This document shows positions 12,991 to 26,605 of a DNA stretch of 64,000 nucleotides, in pieces. The stretch is from Eledone cirrhosa. Its lineage: Eukaryota. The notes beneath the pieces are model-generated. The model was not told where the DNA came from, did no database searches, and saw only the letters and a program-made list of their open reading frames with translations. Each line of letters starts with the position of its first letter. The stretch's first letter is position 1. The stretch spans positions 19,964,001 to 20,028,000 of the forward strand of contig OZ024763.1 in the NCBI GenBank assembly GCA_964016885.1, written 5' to 3'. Position numbers and translations under genes: made by a program.

Positions 12991-13038
12991 TATTTATGGG
13001 TATGTATGTATGTATGTATGTATGTATGTATGTATGTC

Positions 13039-13643
13039 AGGTCACCAGTTGGTGCTACTGGTAACATGTATCCCAGTACAACCTGTCTCATGGTCGGGTC
13101 GTTGGCGACTAAACTGGCAACCCCACCAAGGTTTCTTGGTGAGGAGGGTGACTTTGGACATCCTGCAGGACTAAAAACAAAACCTGTCAAAGGGCAAGGG
13201 AGCTCTTAAGAGTCAATAGCCATCCAAAATCACCGGGAGAGATGACCCCTTAGCCTTTGTCAAGGCAGAATTCTAGGAGAAGGAAAACTCTGATATAACA
13301 CCTGCAATCCTGATGGTATCCAATGATGTTGACCTGTTCTTCTTTTTGGTAAATATCATCTTGGTTAAGAGAGTGGGACTGGCTTTGTGCAGTGCCTTTG
13401 CTCACTATAAAAGCTTCACAGCACAGGCATTGCTTTATATCTGGAGATCTCTCTGCACTTGTCATCACATGGTACCATGGGCCCTGCACTATGTGTCAAT
13501 AATGGTCACAAGTGTAGTCTTTGTACCAGAGTTTTCAAGTCGCTGGCTGGACTAAAGTCACATTCGTTCAGCGCATCGGTAGGGGTTCTCCTACATGGAT
13601 ATAAAGTAGTGGCCGTACTCGAAAACGAGTTGGCAGCCACCAT
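13039..13643 (+). mobile_element. Non-autonomous RTE-derived element, copy 3 (longest)
   Basis: As copy 1. [17 protein letters not shown] remnant, flanked by (TATG)n. Confidence 0.7.
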
Positions 13644-13774
13644 GTATGTATGTATGTATTGCCAGAAATAATAATAAAACACCCACTGTTTGGTTTGGAT
13701 TGGTTTATATATATATATATATATATCACACACTACCTGTGTGAGAGAGTTTGTGTGTCTGTTGAGTTATATAT

Positions 13775-14205
13775 GATGATGATCATCATCATTGTTTAAC
13801 GTCCATTTTCCATGCTAGCATGAGTTAGATGGGTTGTCCCATTTGAGGCAATTTGGGTCAGGTGACCGTATCTCGTTCATATAGGACTGTTTTTTTTTTT
13901 GCTAGGTTTCTATGGCTGGATGCCCTTCCTAACGCCAACCACATTTACACTGTGGGCTGGGTGCTTTTAGTCATGATACCCACACGACCACTTTATAGTG
14001 TGGGCTGGGTGCTTTTAGTCATGACACCCACACGACCACTTTATAGTGTGGGCTGGATGCTTTTAGTCATGACACCCACACGACGACTCTACAGTGCGGG
14101 TTGGATGCTTTTAGTCATGACACCCACACGACCACTTTACAGTGTGGGCTGGATGCTTTTAGTCATGACACCCACACGACCACTCTACAGTGTGAGCTGG
14201 ATGGT
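13775..14205 (-). mobile_element. RTE 3' UTR with internal 48-bp tandem repeat (~5 units, 13950-14203)
   Basis: (CAT)n..tttaacgtccattttccatgctagcatg tail. Unit acagtgtgggctggatgcttttagtcatgacacccacacgaccacttt. Confidence 0.75.
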
Positions 14206-14924
14206 ATATATAAATAAATTCTCAACACAAATACATTCTACCTAAGATTTCAAACTTTAACTAGCATAGCACATGGACATTCTATATCTGTTAGTGTATT
14301 TAAATGGAAGGTGAGAGTGGAGAGAGAGGTGCTACACCTCAGTAAATTCGCTGAAAGGTGGGTGAATGTGTTGAAAATGGCCTGAATGAATCGACCTTCT
14401 CTATATATAAACCTGTAAGTTGAAGAAGACAAAAGAGAGAAGACGGGAGTACTTACAAAACATGCTCCTGGTGTTGAGGGTTTTTCTATCTACGGGGGTG
14501 TAAAACAACCCCGCAGTAACGCCCCCCCCCCCCTCCACTATTAGGGGATTTCGATTGTTTATTTATAATTGTTAAATTTGTTTACACAATTTTTTTGTAA
14601 ACTCCCACTGTCACGTCCTGCAATGTCCCATTTCTTGTGCGCCCTTGTGACCAATAAAGAAATATATGTTAGTGTATGCAGAACAGTTACATCACCCTGC
14701 GAGCATCTCGGACAGGCATGGCTGACAGCACTTCCATACCTGTAGAGTTAATCTCTGGCCTGGCAAAGCACCCTGTTAGCTCTGCCAGACCAGAGACTTC
14801 TGGAAGACATCCATGGGCCTGGGGCCAAAAGCCCACAGCAACAACATCAACAGTAACAACAACAACAACAAAAACATCAGCAACAACAACAACATCAGCA
14901 ACAACCACAACAACATCAGCAGTA

Positions 14925-15112
14925 ATAATTGTTTCTACTTTTGGCACAAGGCCAGCAATTATCCCAGTGTATTACTGGTACTTTATTTTAACGACCCCGT
15001 AAGGATGAAAGGCAAAGTTAACCTCGGCGGTATTTGAACTCAGAATGTAAAAGGCCGTACCTCTATGCTGCAAAGCATGGCGTCCGACCTTCTACTGATA
15101 CTGCCAATCCAT
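14925..15112 (-). mobile_element. tRNA-derived SINE family A (Deu/Nin-like core)
   Basis: Reverse complement of ggattggcagtatc..gagttcaaat..aactttgcctttcatccttacggggtcg..agtaccag..gtagaaacaattatt. Flanked by the duplicated catcagcagtaataa. Confidence 0.8.
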
Positions 15113-15339
15113 CAGCAGTAATAAGAACAACAATAATAGCAACAACAGCAGTAACAACAACAACATCAGTAACACTTGCCAACCCAAATGTCACACCAAC
15201 AAAATTACCCTCATTGTAATTTCCTATACACCCACTGCAAATATGTGCATATGTCCACCCCACCCCACCCCCTCCCCACACACACATGCACACAGATACA
15301 CACATATAATCAATATATATATACATGTACATATGTATT

Positions 15340-15675
15340 GGAGGCACATGGCTTAGTGGTTAGAGCCTTGCAATCGAAAGGTTGTGAGTTCAATTCTCAG
15401 ACTGGGTGATGTGTTGTTTCCTTGAGCAAGACACTTTATTTCACATTGCTCCAGTTTACTCAGCTGTAGAAATGAGATGATAGGGACTGGGGTCCCTATT
15501 ATTCCACTGCAAAGTGTTTGTGGAGGTGCCACGGCAAAAAAAGCACCCAGCACTCACTGTAAATGAGGTTGGTGTTAGGTAGAGCATCCAGCTGTAGAAA
15601 TCAAGCCAGAATCAGTTCCCGTCCCACCCTTGCAAGTAGGGAAAAAGCGGACATAAAATGGAATGATGATGAATG
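15340..15675 (+). mobile_element. SINE family B, near full length
   Basis: tRNA head TGGCTTAGTGGTTAGAGC..GAGTTCAATTC plus RTE-like tail. Confidence 0.85.
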
Positions 15676-15980
15676 ATGTATATATATATTGATATATATG
15701 TGTGTACATATCTGTATATTTATATATCATCATCATTTTAAATGGTGATGATATATATTTATACATAGAAATACATGTATTTATGTGTGTATGCATGTAT
15801 ATGTGTTATGTATGTGTGTGTGAACATACATGTCTATATATATATGTATATATATATATATATGTGTATGTGAACACATATTTCTGTGTGTGTGTGTGTG
15901 AACATACATATATATATATATACACATATATATATACCTATATGTCTAAAGTGTAGTTATTATTCTACATCTATCTACAT

Positions 15981-16012
<32 letters not shown>

Positions 16013-16406
16013 TCATCATTATTAATATTATATTATTAATAAAGACACCATTACCCCATACCATACTGCAACAAGACGACATACAACATTTACCAAGGTC
16101 CTTCCATACTTTTCCCAGTGGTGTCACTTAGACAACTTAGATGGAGTTTGTTAAAATGTTCAAACCCTTGATAATTAAGATCCGGTACAGGTTAACTGCC
16201 ATTTCGTGAAAGGTAAAGGTCGTTATGTGGTTGTCTAGGCTTTTAACTCTATACCATACTGGATATAACATTCTAACACACTGTTGCTCTCAAAGGACAT
16301 ATTTACTCAGCTACTTATAATAATTGTTCATACTTGAAATAAAAGCATTTTTGTACAGACGACTCCCATGTTATTCTTCAATCTTTCATTATAGATATAT
16401 ATGTAA

Positions 16407-16479
<73 letters not shown>

Positions 16480-16527
16480 ATTACATCTGTCTGTCTGTCC
16501 ATACATTTATCTATGTCTCTCTCTATA

Positions 16528-16805
16528 TCATCATCATCATCATTTTACGTCCGCTTTTCCCTGCTTGCAAGGTCGGGGGGGGGGGGGGAACTGATTCTGG
16601 CTTGATTTCTACAGCTGGATGCCCTTCCTAACACCAACCTCATTTACAGTGAGTGCTGGGTGCTTTTTTGTCGTGGCACCTACACGACCACTTCTTTGCA
16701 GTGGAATGATATGGACCCCAGTCCCTATCTTCTCATTTCTACAGCTGAGTAAACTGGAGCAATGTGAAATAAAGTGTCTTGCTCAAGGAAACAACACATC
16801 ACCCG
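16528..16805 (-). mobile_element. SINE family B, truncated
   Basis: Reverse complement of the family B body and tail. Confidence 0.8.
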
Positions 16806-16828
16806 CTCTGGATGTTAAACAATGATGA

Positions 16829-16887
<59 letters not shown>

Positions 16888-17063
16888 TACACACATATAT
16901 ATATATACATATATATATATATCAATCATCATCATTGTTTAACATCCATCTTCCACGCTAGCTTGGGTTAAGTGCAGGAATGGTTGGGAGACCATGCCTC
17001 GCTCACACGGAAGCGTCTCTGGCAGGTTTTTTACGGCTGGATGCCCTTCCTAACACTAACCAC

Positions 17064-17092
<29 letters not shown>

Positions 17093-17094
<2 letters not shown>

Positions 17095-17468
17095 ATGTAG
17101 GAGGTGAGTTTTATTGTAGTACAATAAAGCAATGCAGATATCAGATAAGAAGCACTCTACAGTTTGTAGGACTGGAGTATACATAATATATAAGATCTAA
17201 AGATGGTTAAAGGAGTTCCATGTATTTTATTATGCGCATTTCAAAAACAAACATCATCATGCAATAATATTTGTGTTTTCATCAGATAAAACAGGAGAAT
17301 ATGTTGATTTAAAACTGCACTATCCACAAGTGTTTTTTAGCCTTCATATCATGTTCTCCTGTTTTATCTGATGAAAACACAAATATTATTGCATGATGAT
17401 GTTTGTTTTTGAAATGCGCATAATAAAATACATGGAACTCCTTTAACCATCTTTAGATCTTATATATT
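17093..17468 (+). mobile_element. Solo fold-back pLTR of the PLE family at 51622-54946
   Basis: 17093-17195 matches 51622-51726 and 17300-17465 matches 54783-54946. Arms 17186-17300 and 17352-17468 are inverted. Confidence 0.85.
17362..17428 (+). ncRNA. Type I hammerhead with palindromic stem III (inverted copy 17225-17291)
   Basis: TTTTAT-CTGATGA-AAACACAAATATT..GATGTTTGTTTTT-GAAA-TGCGCA-TA-ATAAAA. Confidence 0.8.
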
Positions 17469-17645
17469 ATATATATATATATAAGAAAGAAAATATGGTA
17501 AGGAACCAGGTGGACCATAACGCACCAGAGTACTCAATACTTAAGGTAGTAGAGTGGGTAATAGGAAAATAGCCAGGACCCTGATAGCTGAGCTCCGGCC
17601 ATTTCGACAGCTGCCCTGACTCTTTTCCTATATATATATATATAT

Positions 17646-17969
17646 AGTAATAATAATAAATTTGAAGACTAAAATCCAAAGAGGGCTCGATAAGGATAAA
17701 TATATATCAAATATATAAGAACCGTGGTTCTGTCTTTGCACGTAATAGTTTTTCACCGCTCCTATTAATGACGTATTATATTCGTTTTTTCCCGTTCTTT
17801 GCCAGCAAACGTTTCCACGAACCAAAGTATCGTCTTCCTGTCTTCCTCCGGTTGCAACGTTTTTTGAAATATTTACTTCTGCGTTTACAGATCAACTTTG
17901 TTAGTTTCAGAAGATCCCGTTAAGGGTGAAAGCAGCGATTCTTTGCTTAAACTTTAATCTGTTATTTTA

Positions 17970-17975
<6 letters not shown>
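17646..17975 (+). mobile_element. PLE pLTR remnant with variant HHR (17903-17953), same family as 2201-2450
   Basis: Identical inverted tail gtaataataataaatttgaagac..aagaaccgt and identical CAGAAGA..GAAAGCAGCG motif. Confidence 0.65.
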
Positions 17976-18011
<36 letters not shown>

Positions 18012-18351
18012 GTCTCTCTATCTATTTATATATATATACACATATTTATCTATCTATCTACCTACTTATGTACAATATATATATCTATCTATCCATCCAT
18101 CCGTCTGTCTGTCTATCTAGCTACCTTCAGGGTGTGTACAACCCCTGTGTAACGCCTCCCCCCTATTGGGGATTTCAATTGTTATTTGTTGTTTTATTAA
18201 TAGTTTTATTTCCATATACCTGTGTGTAAACTCCCCATTTGTATTTGTCCCCTTCTTCTGTGCCCTTGTGGCTAATAAAGAAATTTATCTACCTACCTAC
18301 CTATCTACCTACCTACCTATCTACCTATCTATCTATCTATCTACCCACCTA

Positions 18352-19520
18352 CGTTTCAATTTCTTTGGAAGAAGCGCCCTCCTATGGTGAGAAGATCCAT
18401 CTGCTGCCAACAACCTTTGAAAGGAAGGCTGGGGATGCCGTGGTTGATGATGCGTAGGCACGAATTAAGGCTACGGCACCTACAGGTATTCCTCACTGGT
18501 CAACCGGTGTGGGCTCCGTTCGTGAAACGAGCCTTTCCGAGACTCGTCTCGCTCACCGAGCTGCAGTCCTGGGTCAAGCAAAGATCCGGAAAACTGGGAG
18601 ACTGGCACACTGAGTGTGCCCAGGCGCTCAGGGCTCTCTGGCAAGCAGACCCGGCCATCGGTGGAGAATCCACCTCATCATTCTATAGAGGGCTGGTGGC
18701 TAGCAGGGGCGATGACACCCTTGGAGAGTCGCTGGACATGGAAGAGGACGAGCTGGCCAGCCTGTTCGGTAGGACTTTCGGCCCGGGACCAATGGACAAC
18801 TTCTAGAAGTCACTAGCCTGGCAGTGCTACCGGGGGGATCTCTACCCGTTCGAGAGAGGCTCTACAGACACGGGCGCCCGGGCAGGGATCCCTCAAAAAA
18901 GATTTGCCCTAGATGCGTGCGTCACGAAGAAACCGTTGCGCACGCATTGGTGCAATGTCCGGGCGTGGCTGATCTGTGGGGCTACGCCGAACGACTGTTG
19001 TCGCGGGTGGCGCCGATTCGATTGACCGCCGAGTCCGTGATGACAATCAAGCCGCCTCCCCTCTTCACAAAGGAAGCAAAGGTGGTTTTTCTGTGCGTAA
19101 TAGCCATGTTGAAAGAGGTTGTTTGGTGGACACGATTGAAAGGTCTGAGGTCAGGCAACTTCCTCTCTGGCCATAGTCTGGTCTACTTCTTCCGATATCA
19201 CTTCGGAAGAAGGATAAGAATGGAGAGAGAGGTGCTTGGCCACAGGCAGTTTTATGAAAGGTGGGTGATAGTGGCGAGAATGGCTCGTGTAAATGGGCCT
19301 TCTCTGTATACCATCCTGTAGGTAAAGAAGTGAAGGAGAGGGGAACACCTTCTCCATGTGCTCCCCGGGCAAAGGATTGCACACTTTTTCGGGTGTGTGT
19401 GCAACCCCCATTACGTCCCCTCCCTTTTGAGGTTGTTTTCGATTATTTTCATTTTATACCCTTTTTACTCGGTTTTATGTAAACTCCCCCTTTGTATTTG
19501 TCCCTTCTTTTTATGCCTTT
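18352..19520 (+). mobile_element. Tx1/L1-clade non-LTR retrotransposon 3' fragment
   Basis: LAWQCY.G.LPVRERL..CPRCVRHEETVAHALVQC (CCHC zinc knuckle)..VVWWTR. The 3' UTR ends in a (CTAT/CTAC)n field. Confidence 0.8.
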
Positions 19521-19599
19521 ACCCACCTACGTACCTATCTATCTATCTATCCATTTGTTTGTCTAGCTATTTATCTATTTATCTACCTACCTACCTTCC

Positions 19600-20620
19600 C
19601 ACGACTCATATCGCTGACCGAGCTGCAGTCCTGGGTCAAGCAAAGACCGAGGAAAATGGGCGACTGGCACATCGAATGTGCTCAGGCGCTCGCAGCTCTC
19701 TAGCCGGCGGACCCGGCGATCAGTGGAGACTCCACTTCGTCATTCTATAGAGGGTTGATCCACAGCAAGTGCGACAACACGCTCGGAGAAACTCTAGGCG
19801 TAGAGGAAGATGAACTGGCCAGTCCGTTCGGTAGGACCTTCCACCCGGGACCGATGGACAACTTCCAAAAGTCCCTGGCCTGGCAGTGCTACCGAGGAGC
19901 TCAACCAGTTCAAGACAAGCTCTACAGACATGGGCGCCCGGGCAGGGACTCTTTGAAAAAGATCTGTCCAAGATGCGTGCGAGACGAAGAAACCGTCGCG
20001 CATGCATTTATACACTGCCCGGGCGTTACCGACCTGTGGGGCTATGTAGAACGACTATTGTCGCGGGTGGGACCAATCCGGTTGACCACCGAGTCTATTG
20101 TCAGGATCAAACCGCCACTCTCCTTCAAAAACGAAGGAGAGGTGGTTTTCCTTTGTGTGATAGCTATGGCGAAAGAAGTTATATGGTGGACGAGGTTAAA
20201 AGGGCTGGGGTCAGACACCTTTCTCTCCGGCCAACAACTGATTCTTTTTTTCAAATACCACTTTGGAAGAAGAATCCGGATGGAGAGAGAGGTGCTGTAC
20301 CCCAGCAAGTTTTGTGAAAGGTGGGTGAAAGTGGCGAGAATGGCCCGAGTGAATGGGCCTTCTCTCTATATCAGCCTGTAGGTTGAGGAAAAAGAGGAAG
20401 AGAGGAAAGGGGTACTCACTCTTCGTACTCCTGGAGATGAGGGTTGCACATTTTTTTCGGGGGTATGTGTTACTCATATGTAATGTCTCCCCCTATTGGG
20501 GAAAATCGATTAATTTTTAAATTGCATTTGTGATAGTATTTTACACATTTTTATTGTATGTAAACTTCCCCTTTTGTATTTGTCCCCTTCTTTTGTGCCC
20601 CTGTGGCTAATAAAGAAACA
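19600..20620 (+). mobile_element. Second tandem Tx1/L1 3' fragment
   Basis: KSLAWQCYRGAQPV..CPRCVRDEETVAHAFIHC, paralogous to the previous copy. Ends gtggctaataaagaaa. Confidence 0.8.
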
Positions 20621-20624
20621 TATC

Positions 20625-21175
20625 CACCTACCTACTTACTTACCTATCCACCCATCCATCCACCCATCAATCAGTCTATCCATCTATCTATATATCCACC
20701 CATCCACCCATCTATCAGTCTATCCATCTATATATCCAGCCCTCCACCCATCAATCAGTCTATCCATCTATCTATATATCCATCCATCCACCCATATATC
20801 AGTCTATCCATCTATCTATATATCCATCCATCCACCCATCAATCAGTCTATCCATCTATATATCCACCCATCCACCCATCTATCAGTCTATCCATCTATC
20901 TATATATCCACCCATCCACCCATCTATCAGTCTATCCATCTATCTATATATCCATCCATCCACCCATCAATCAATCTATCCATCTATCTATATATCCATC
21001 CATCCACCCATCAATCAATCTATCCATCTATCTATATATCCACCCATCCATCCACCCATATATCAGTCTATCCATCTATCTATATATCCATCCATCCACC
21101 CATCAATCAATCTATCCATCTATCTATATATCCACCCATCCACCCGTCTATCAGTCTATCCATCCATCTATCTAT
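20625..21175. repeat. Compound (CCAT)/(CTAT) minisatellite, ~40-44-bp higher-order unit
   Basis: Repeating tcagtctatccatctatctatatatccacccatccacccatc. Confidence 0.85.
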
Positions 21176-21539
21176 TGTTGGTGCAGTTGATGTCTGTGTA
21201 GTCTACACGCCATCCACAATGTCGTGATTAATTCTGTGACATTTAAGCTGCGTATTTACACATCGCGTCTCCTAGAATGTGTCCCATGGGTGTATATGGT
21301 GTATATAATGCATATAATAGCTGGGTTCACTTTATAGCTTATTATATAAAAGTCAATTTATGTATGTATGTGAGTATAAACAGATATGTATGCATGTATG
21401 TACATACATGTATGTGTGTGTATGTAAATATATGCATATGTGTTTGTGAGTATGTACGTGTGTGTGTGTGTATATATGTATACATATGTCTACATATAAA
21501 TATACATATATATATTTACATATAAATTTATACACATAC

Positions 21540-21624
<85 letters not shown>

Positions 21625-21632
<8 letters not shown>

Positions 21633-22492
21633 TATACACGGGTGTGTATGATTGTGTATAGAAGATTATATTAATAAGAGGAACTCCAACTTTGTCTGAT
21701 TTACTCGTTTTATTTACAATCCTTTAAAATTTATATAATATGGTATTATAATGAAATAGTATGATAGAATATTAAATGTTAAGTGTTAATTGAACAAGTA
21801 CTTTCATGCTTTCGCAATCTTCAGGTTCATAATGTGTGGTGACAGTCAAGTTTGGAATTTTCAACTGTAATGAGATGGGTAAATTTTGTACCTTATATAC
21901 AGTGAAAAGTGGCTCCAGAATGCTAAATCTTGCAAACTGTATTTCGACCAATCAGTGTGTAGTTTCACTGAATTACTAAAGCTGATTGGTTTAGGCGTCA
22001 CGGTTGGTTAAGCATGTCTAACGACCACTAATTGATCCTATCCAAAGCATCAATTGTTTTGCTATTTTTAGAAATGATGAAAATATCATTTTCTAGTAAT
22101 CATCACCATCACTTTTATTATTATTATTATTATTGTTGTTGTTGTTGTTAGTGGTCGTAGTCATAGTGGTAGTAGAAGTAATACCCCTAAGCGTTATTAT
22201 TGTTCATTTAGCTTGGGTTTCAATTTATCAATAAAATTCTTTTCTTTGATTTTTCTCTTGATTTCACTTGGGCTGTGTAATTTGTAGAATGGGAATATTA
22301 TAAATATTCGCTGACCACATGTTGCTAGATGGTTACTTAGGGGTATCTGACGGATATTTGGGTCTCTGATTTGCTGACGGTGTACCCGTGCACGTTCTGA
22401 TAGTGCATTTCCAGTTTGACCGACATATAGTTCTTCACAATTCAGGCATTTAATGCAGTAAATTAGATTTCTGCTTTTGCAGTTCAGATTGT
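21625..22492 (-). mobile_element. Inverted 3' copy (GIY-YIG end plus pLTR) of the adjacent PLE
   Basis: NCKSRNLIYCIKC..YVGQTG..PKLNEQ is nearly identical to 24995-25282. It extends further 3' than the direct copy and carries an HHR. Confidence 0.9.
21791..21829 (-). ncRNA. Minimal type I hammerhead ribozyme
   Basis: TGAAC-CTGAAGA-tTGCgaaaGCAt-GAAA-GTAC-TT-GTTCA. Confidence 0.85.
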
Positions 22493-22511
22493 GAAAAATA
22501 ATGCTAACAAG

Positions 22512-22845
22512 AAGGCACATGGCTTAGTGGTTAGAGCATTGGCCTTGCAATCGAAAGGTTGTGAGTTCAATTCTCAGACCGGGTGATGTGTTGTTTCCTT
22601 GAGCAAGACACTTTATTTCACATTGCTCCAGTTTACTCAGCTGTAGAAATGAGATGATAGGGACTGGGGTCCCTATTATTCCACTGCAAAGTGGTTGTGG
22701 AGGTGCCACGGCAAAAAAAGCACCCAGCACTCACTGTAAATGAGGTTGGTGTTAGGAAGGGCATCCAGCTGTAGAAATAAAGCCAGAATCAGTTCCCGTC
22801 CCATCCTTGCAAGCAGGGAAAAGCGGATGTAAAATGATGATGATG
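22512..22845 (+). mobile_element. SINE family B, full length
   Basis: tRNA A and B boxes, core, RTE-type tail and (GAT)n. Confidence 0.88.
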
Positions 22846-25548
22846 AAGAAATGGAAAAATAATATACATAATACCAAAAATAGGACTAAATACATAACGA
22901 AACCAAATATAATATCACGACTAAAAGTTCATCAAGCGAACACCGACAGGAATATAAATCCTGAACAGAGAAAAATCCATTTTTTAACGTCAGGACAACA
23001 AAAACCGGAAAAAGAAAAACTCCAGGAGGAAACATACCCAAAACAACTGTACACGTAGATCCTAAAATAATTAATTTATCCAAAAGAGATCTTGACAATG
23101 ATGAAATGCAAATTCTGTCAAAAGGACTGAAATTCACACCGACTCCAACAGTCAACCACCAAGAACTGAAGGAGGATACCCAAGAATTCTGTCGAAAATT
23201 ACGTCTTGTAGAATTCTTCGCTGATAAAAGTAATGAGAGTGATGAATCACTAGTAAAGAATAAATCAAATTTCACTCCGCCAAAAGGAAGAAATATCTAT
23301 CTCGACCAATACATTGACATCCTGTCTAAATTTCCTCTTAGACGTAATACTAATGTTAGGCCAAACATTAACAAATCAGAAATGTCTGCACTTAAACGTA
23401 TACAAAATGATAAAACAATAATAAATAAACAAGCAGATAAAGGGGGTGCAGTTGTTATAATGGATGCTGAATACTACAAGGATTTGGTTGAGGAACAACT
23501 GAAAGACACAACATTCTATCATGAAATACCGTCAAATATAGACCACAACATCATGAAGAAGATCAACAACCTGGCTTCAAAATACCACAACTCACCTACT
23601 GATAAGGAAATAGACTACATCACCAATTTTGAGCCGAAACCCAGCAACCTGTATGGCCTACCGAAAGTTCATAAGTCAAAAGAAATACAACTGGCAGTAA
23701 GAGAACAAAACAGTGAGTACATTAAATTACTACACCCAAAAGACTTAAAACTTAGACCTATTATAGCTGGTCCAACATGCCCCACCCACCGTCTAAGCAA
23801 TTTTGTTGACATTATTTTGAAACCACTATGTATTCACATACCCAGTTTCATCCGGGATGATATCGACTTCCTGTCCCATCTTCCCAAAACCACGGAAACG
23901 AATTCACTTCTACTTAGTTTTGATGTGGTAAGCCTTTACACCAACATTACACATGATTTACGAATAAAGGCGGTTAAATACTGGGTGGAAAAACATAGAG
24001 AAGTGATTCCCATCAGATTCACAGCGCCATTTATATTAGACGCAGTTAAACTTATTCTGGACACTGTCTTCTTCAATGAAAAGAATTACATCCAAATTAG
24101 AGGCACAGCGATGGGAACGAAGTTTGCTCCCGTTTACGTGAACTCTGTAATGGGATACTTAGAACAACAAATCTACCAAGAAATAGAGGGAAAATATAGT
24201 ACTGACTTTAGAAAGTACATTGAAAAATCTTGGAAGAGATACCTTGACGACTGTTTCATCATCTGGACAGAATCTCTAGATACTCTGGATGAGTTCAATA
24301 TCCTCCTGAATAACCTACACCCATCTCTCCAATTCACAAAAGAGATGAGTAGGATCAAATTACCATTCCTAGATATAATGATAATCAAAAACGACACCAC
24401 CATTACCACGGATATATATTATAAACATACAGACACCCATCAATATCTGAATTTTAAGTCGTGCCATCCACCTCATACAAAACGCAACATCCCATACTAG
24501 CCAGAAGAATTTGTACCACTGTAGAAGATACGAATACCAGGTACAAACGCCTAACAGAACTAAGAGAATTTTTGCTCAAACAAAAATACCCATCTCTACT
24601 TATAGAAAATGGCATACAGCGGGCTATAAAAATACCTATACAACAACTTAGGACAACCCAAAGAAGAAGAAACCAAGAACTGGTCATACCATTTATAATG
24701 ACACACAACCCATGTCACCAGAATATCTTCAACACTGCCAAAGCAAACCTACCGATCATTGCTCAAAGTAATGAATTAAAAGACTTAATCACAGATCGAT
24801 CTTTGACTCTTAGTAAAAGACAGCCAAAAAATTTGAAGCAATTACTAACAAAATCAAAGTTTGACTTTAACAACAAAGACCAATCATTCACTGTATCTAA
24901 ATGCAATGATAGGCGATGCGGCACATGTCAATCCATACACGCCGGTCAATATATGAAAACAAAAACTGGAAAAATATTCCCAAATGCAAATATGAACTGC
25001 AAAAGCAGAAATCTAATTTACTGCATTAAATGCCCGAATTGTGAAGAACTATATGTCGGTCAAACTGGAAATGCACTATCAGAACGTGCACGGGTACACC
25101 GTCAGCAAATCAGAGACCCAAATGTCCGTCAGATACCCCTAAGTAACCATCTAGCAACATGTGGTCAGGAAATATTTATAATATTCCCATTCTACAAATT
25201 ACACAGCTCAAGTGAAATCAAGAGAAAAATCAAAGAAAATAATTTTTTCGATAAATTCAAACCCAAGCTAAATGAACAATAATAATTGTTTCTACTTTAG
25301 GCACAAGGCCAACAATTACCCAGTGCATTACTGGTACTTTATTTTATCGACCCCGTAAATGCTTAGGGGTATTACTTCTACTATGACTATGACTACGACC
25401 ATGTCGACTACGAGCACTAACAACAACAACAACAATAATAATAATAATAAAAGTGATGTTGATGATGATGATTACTAGAAAATGCTATTTTCACCATTTC
25501 TAAAAATAGCAAAACAATTGATGCTTTGGATAGGATCAATTAGTGGTC
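22846..25548 (+). mobile_element. Penelope-like retroelement (Neptune/Naiad-like), RT plus GIY-YIG, frameshifted
   Basis: KGLKFTPTP, ADKGGAVV, YGLPKVHK, RPII, SFDVVSLYTNI, GTAMGT, RYLDD, SCHPPH, CxxRRCxxC linker, IYCI..YVGQT..R..H. ORFs 23106-24500 and 24461-25282. Confidence 0.93.
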
Positions 25549-26568
25549 GGATACACGCATCATACAGTCTGCCTTTCATTTTGAGGGAGAAGCCTTTTGC
25601 AGCTAGCAGTGGTAGTAGTTCCCTAAACTTCTTCCATCCCGTCCTTACCCTAGTTATTGTACTTTCTGAACACCCACCTCCGCTGCTAATTCGGTCACCT
25701 AGGTAGCAGAAGCTGTCTACTGTTTCTACAGAGCCCTCCCAGAGATTGGTGGTACTTGTTTTCATTGGCTGTTTGCTGCTTGCTGTCCCAGCACAGCTGC
25801 TGCATGTGAAGCCTACATTCTTAATTAAGCTTCCTGAGATCCCGCTACATCTCTTGTGTACCCATTGTTTGCATTTGGGGCAGAGAATCGAGTTCCTACC
25901 TACACCTTTCCTACATACTGAGCAAGGCCATTTCCCTGAGGGGATCTGGGTTCTGTTTTCTCGTCTACTTACAAGGACCTTAGTCTTTGTCATGTTGACT
26001 TTGAGACCCTTTCTTTCTAGTCCCTGCTTCCAAGTTTGGAATTTCTTCTCTAGTTCTACCTTAGATTCAGCTATAAGTGCGAGGTCATCAGCATACAGGA
26101 GTTCCCATGGGCATCCGGTCTTAAACTCCTCCGTTATTGCCTGCAGGACTATGATGAACAGGAGGAGGCTAAGAACAGAGCCCTGGTGGACCCCAACCTG
26201 TACGCTAAATTCCTCGCTATACTCATTGCTAATCCTAACTTTGCTGACTGCTCCCCTATACATGGCTTGTAGCGCTTTCACAAGCCATTCATCTACTCCT
26301 AGTTTTCTAAGAGCCCACCAGATTACAGCATGTGGAACTCTGTCAAAGGCTTTCTAGAGATTGACGAATGCCAGGTAGAGTGGCTTACTTTTAGCTAGGT
26401 ACTTTTCCTGTAACTGCCTGACAAAGAAGAGGGCATCAGTGGTGCCTCTTCCTGGTACAAACCCAAATTGCATTTCGTCTAGTTTTACCCGGTCCCTAAT
26501 CAACTGTGCTATAACTCTTTCTGTTACTTTCATGACCTGGTCCATCAGCTTTATACCTCTATAGTTTC
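25549..26568 (-). mobile_element. RTE LINE RT fragment
   Basis: QFGFVPGRGTTDA, GVHQGSVLS, YADDL, PHD-like insert. Confidence 0.9.
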
Positions 26569-26605
26569 TATGTTTCCTCCTATATATATATATATATATA
26601 TATAT

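Noticed and set aside
13040-13120. HDV-like ribozyme at the 5' end of the RTE-derived element
   Set aside because: P2 (CCAGT/ACTGG), GG, a P4 hairpin and a following TAA are suggestive, but P1 and P3/L3 could not be paired convincingly by eye. A descriptor search on the consensus is needed.
22846-25548. Selenoprotein-type (in-frame TGA, SECIS) Naiad element
   Set aside because: The ORF break is a frameshift, not an in-frame TGA, and no convincing SECIS was seen.
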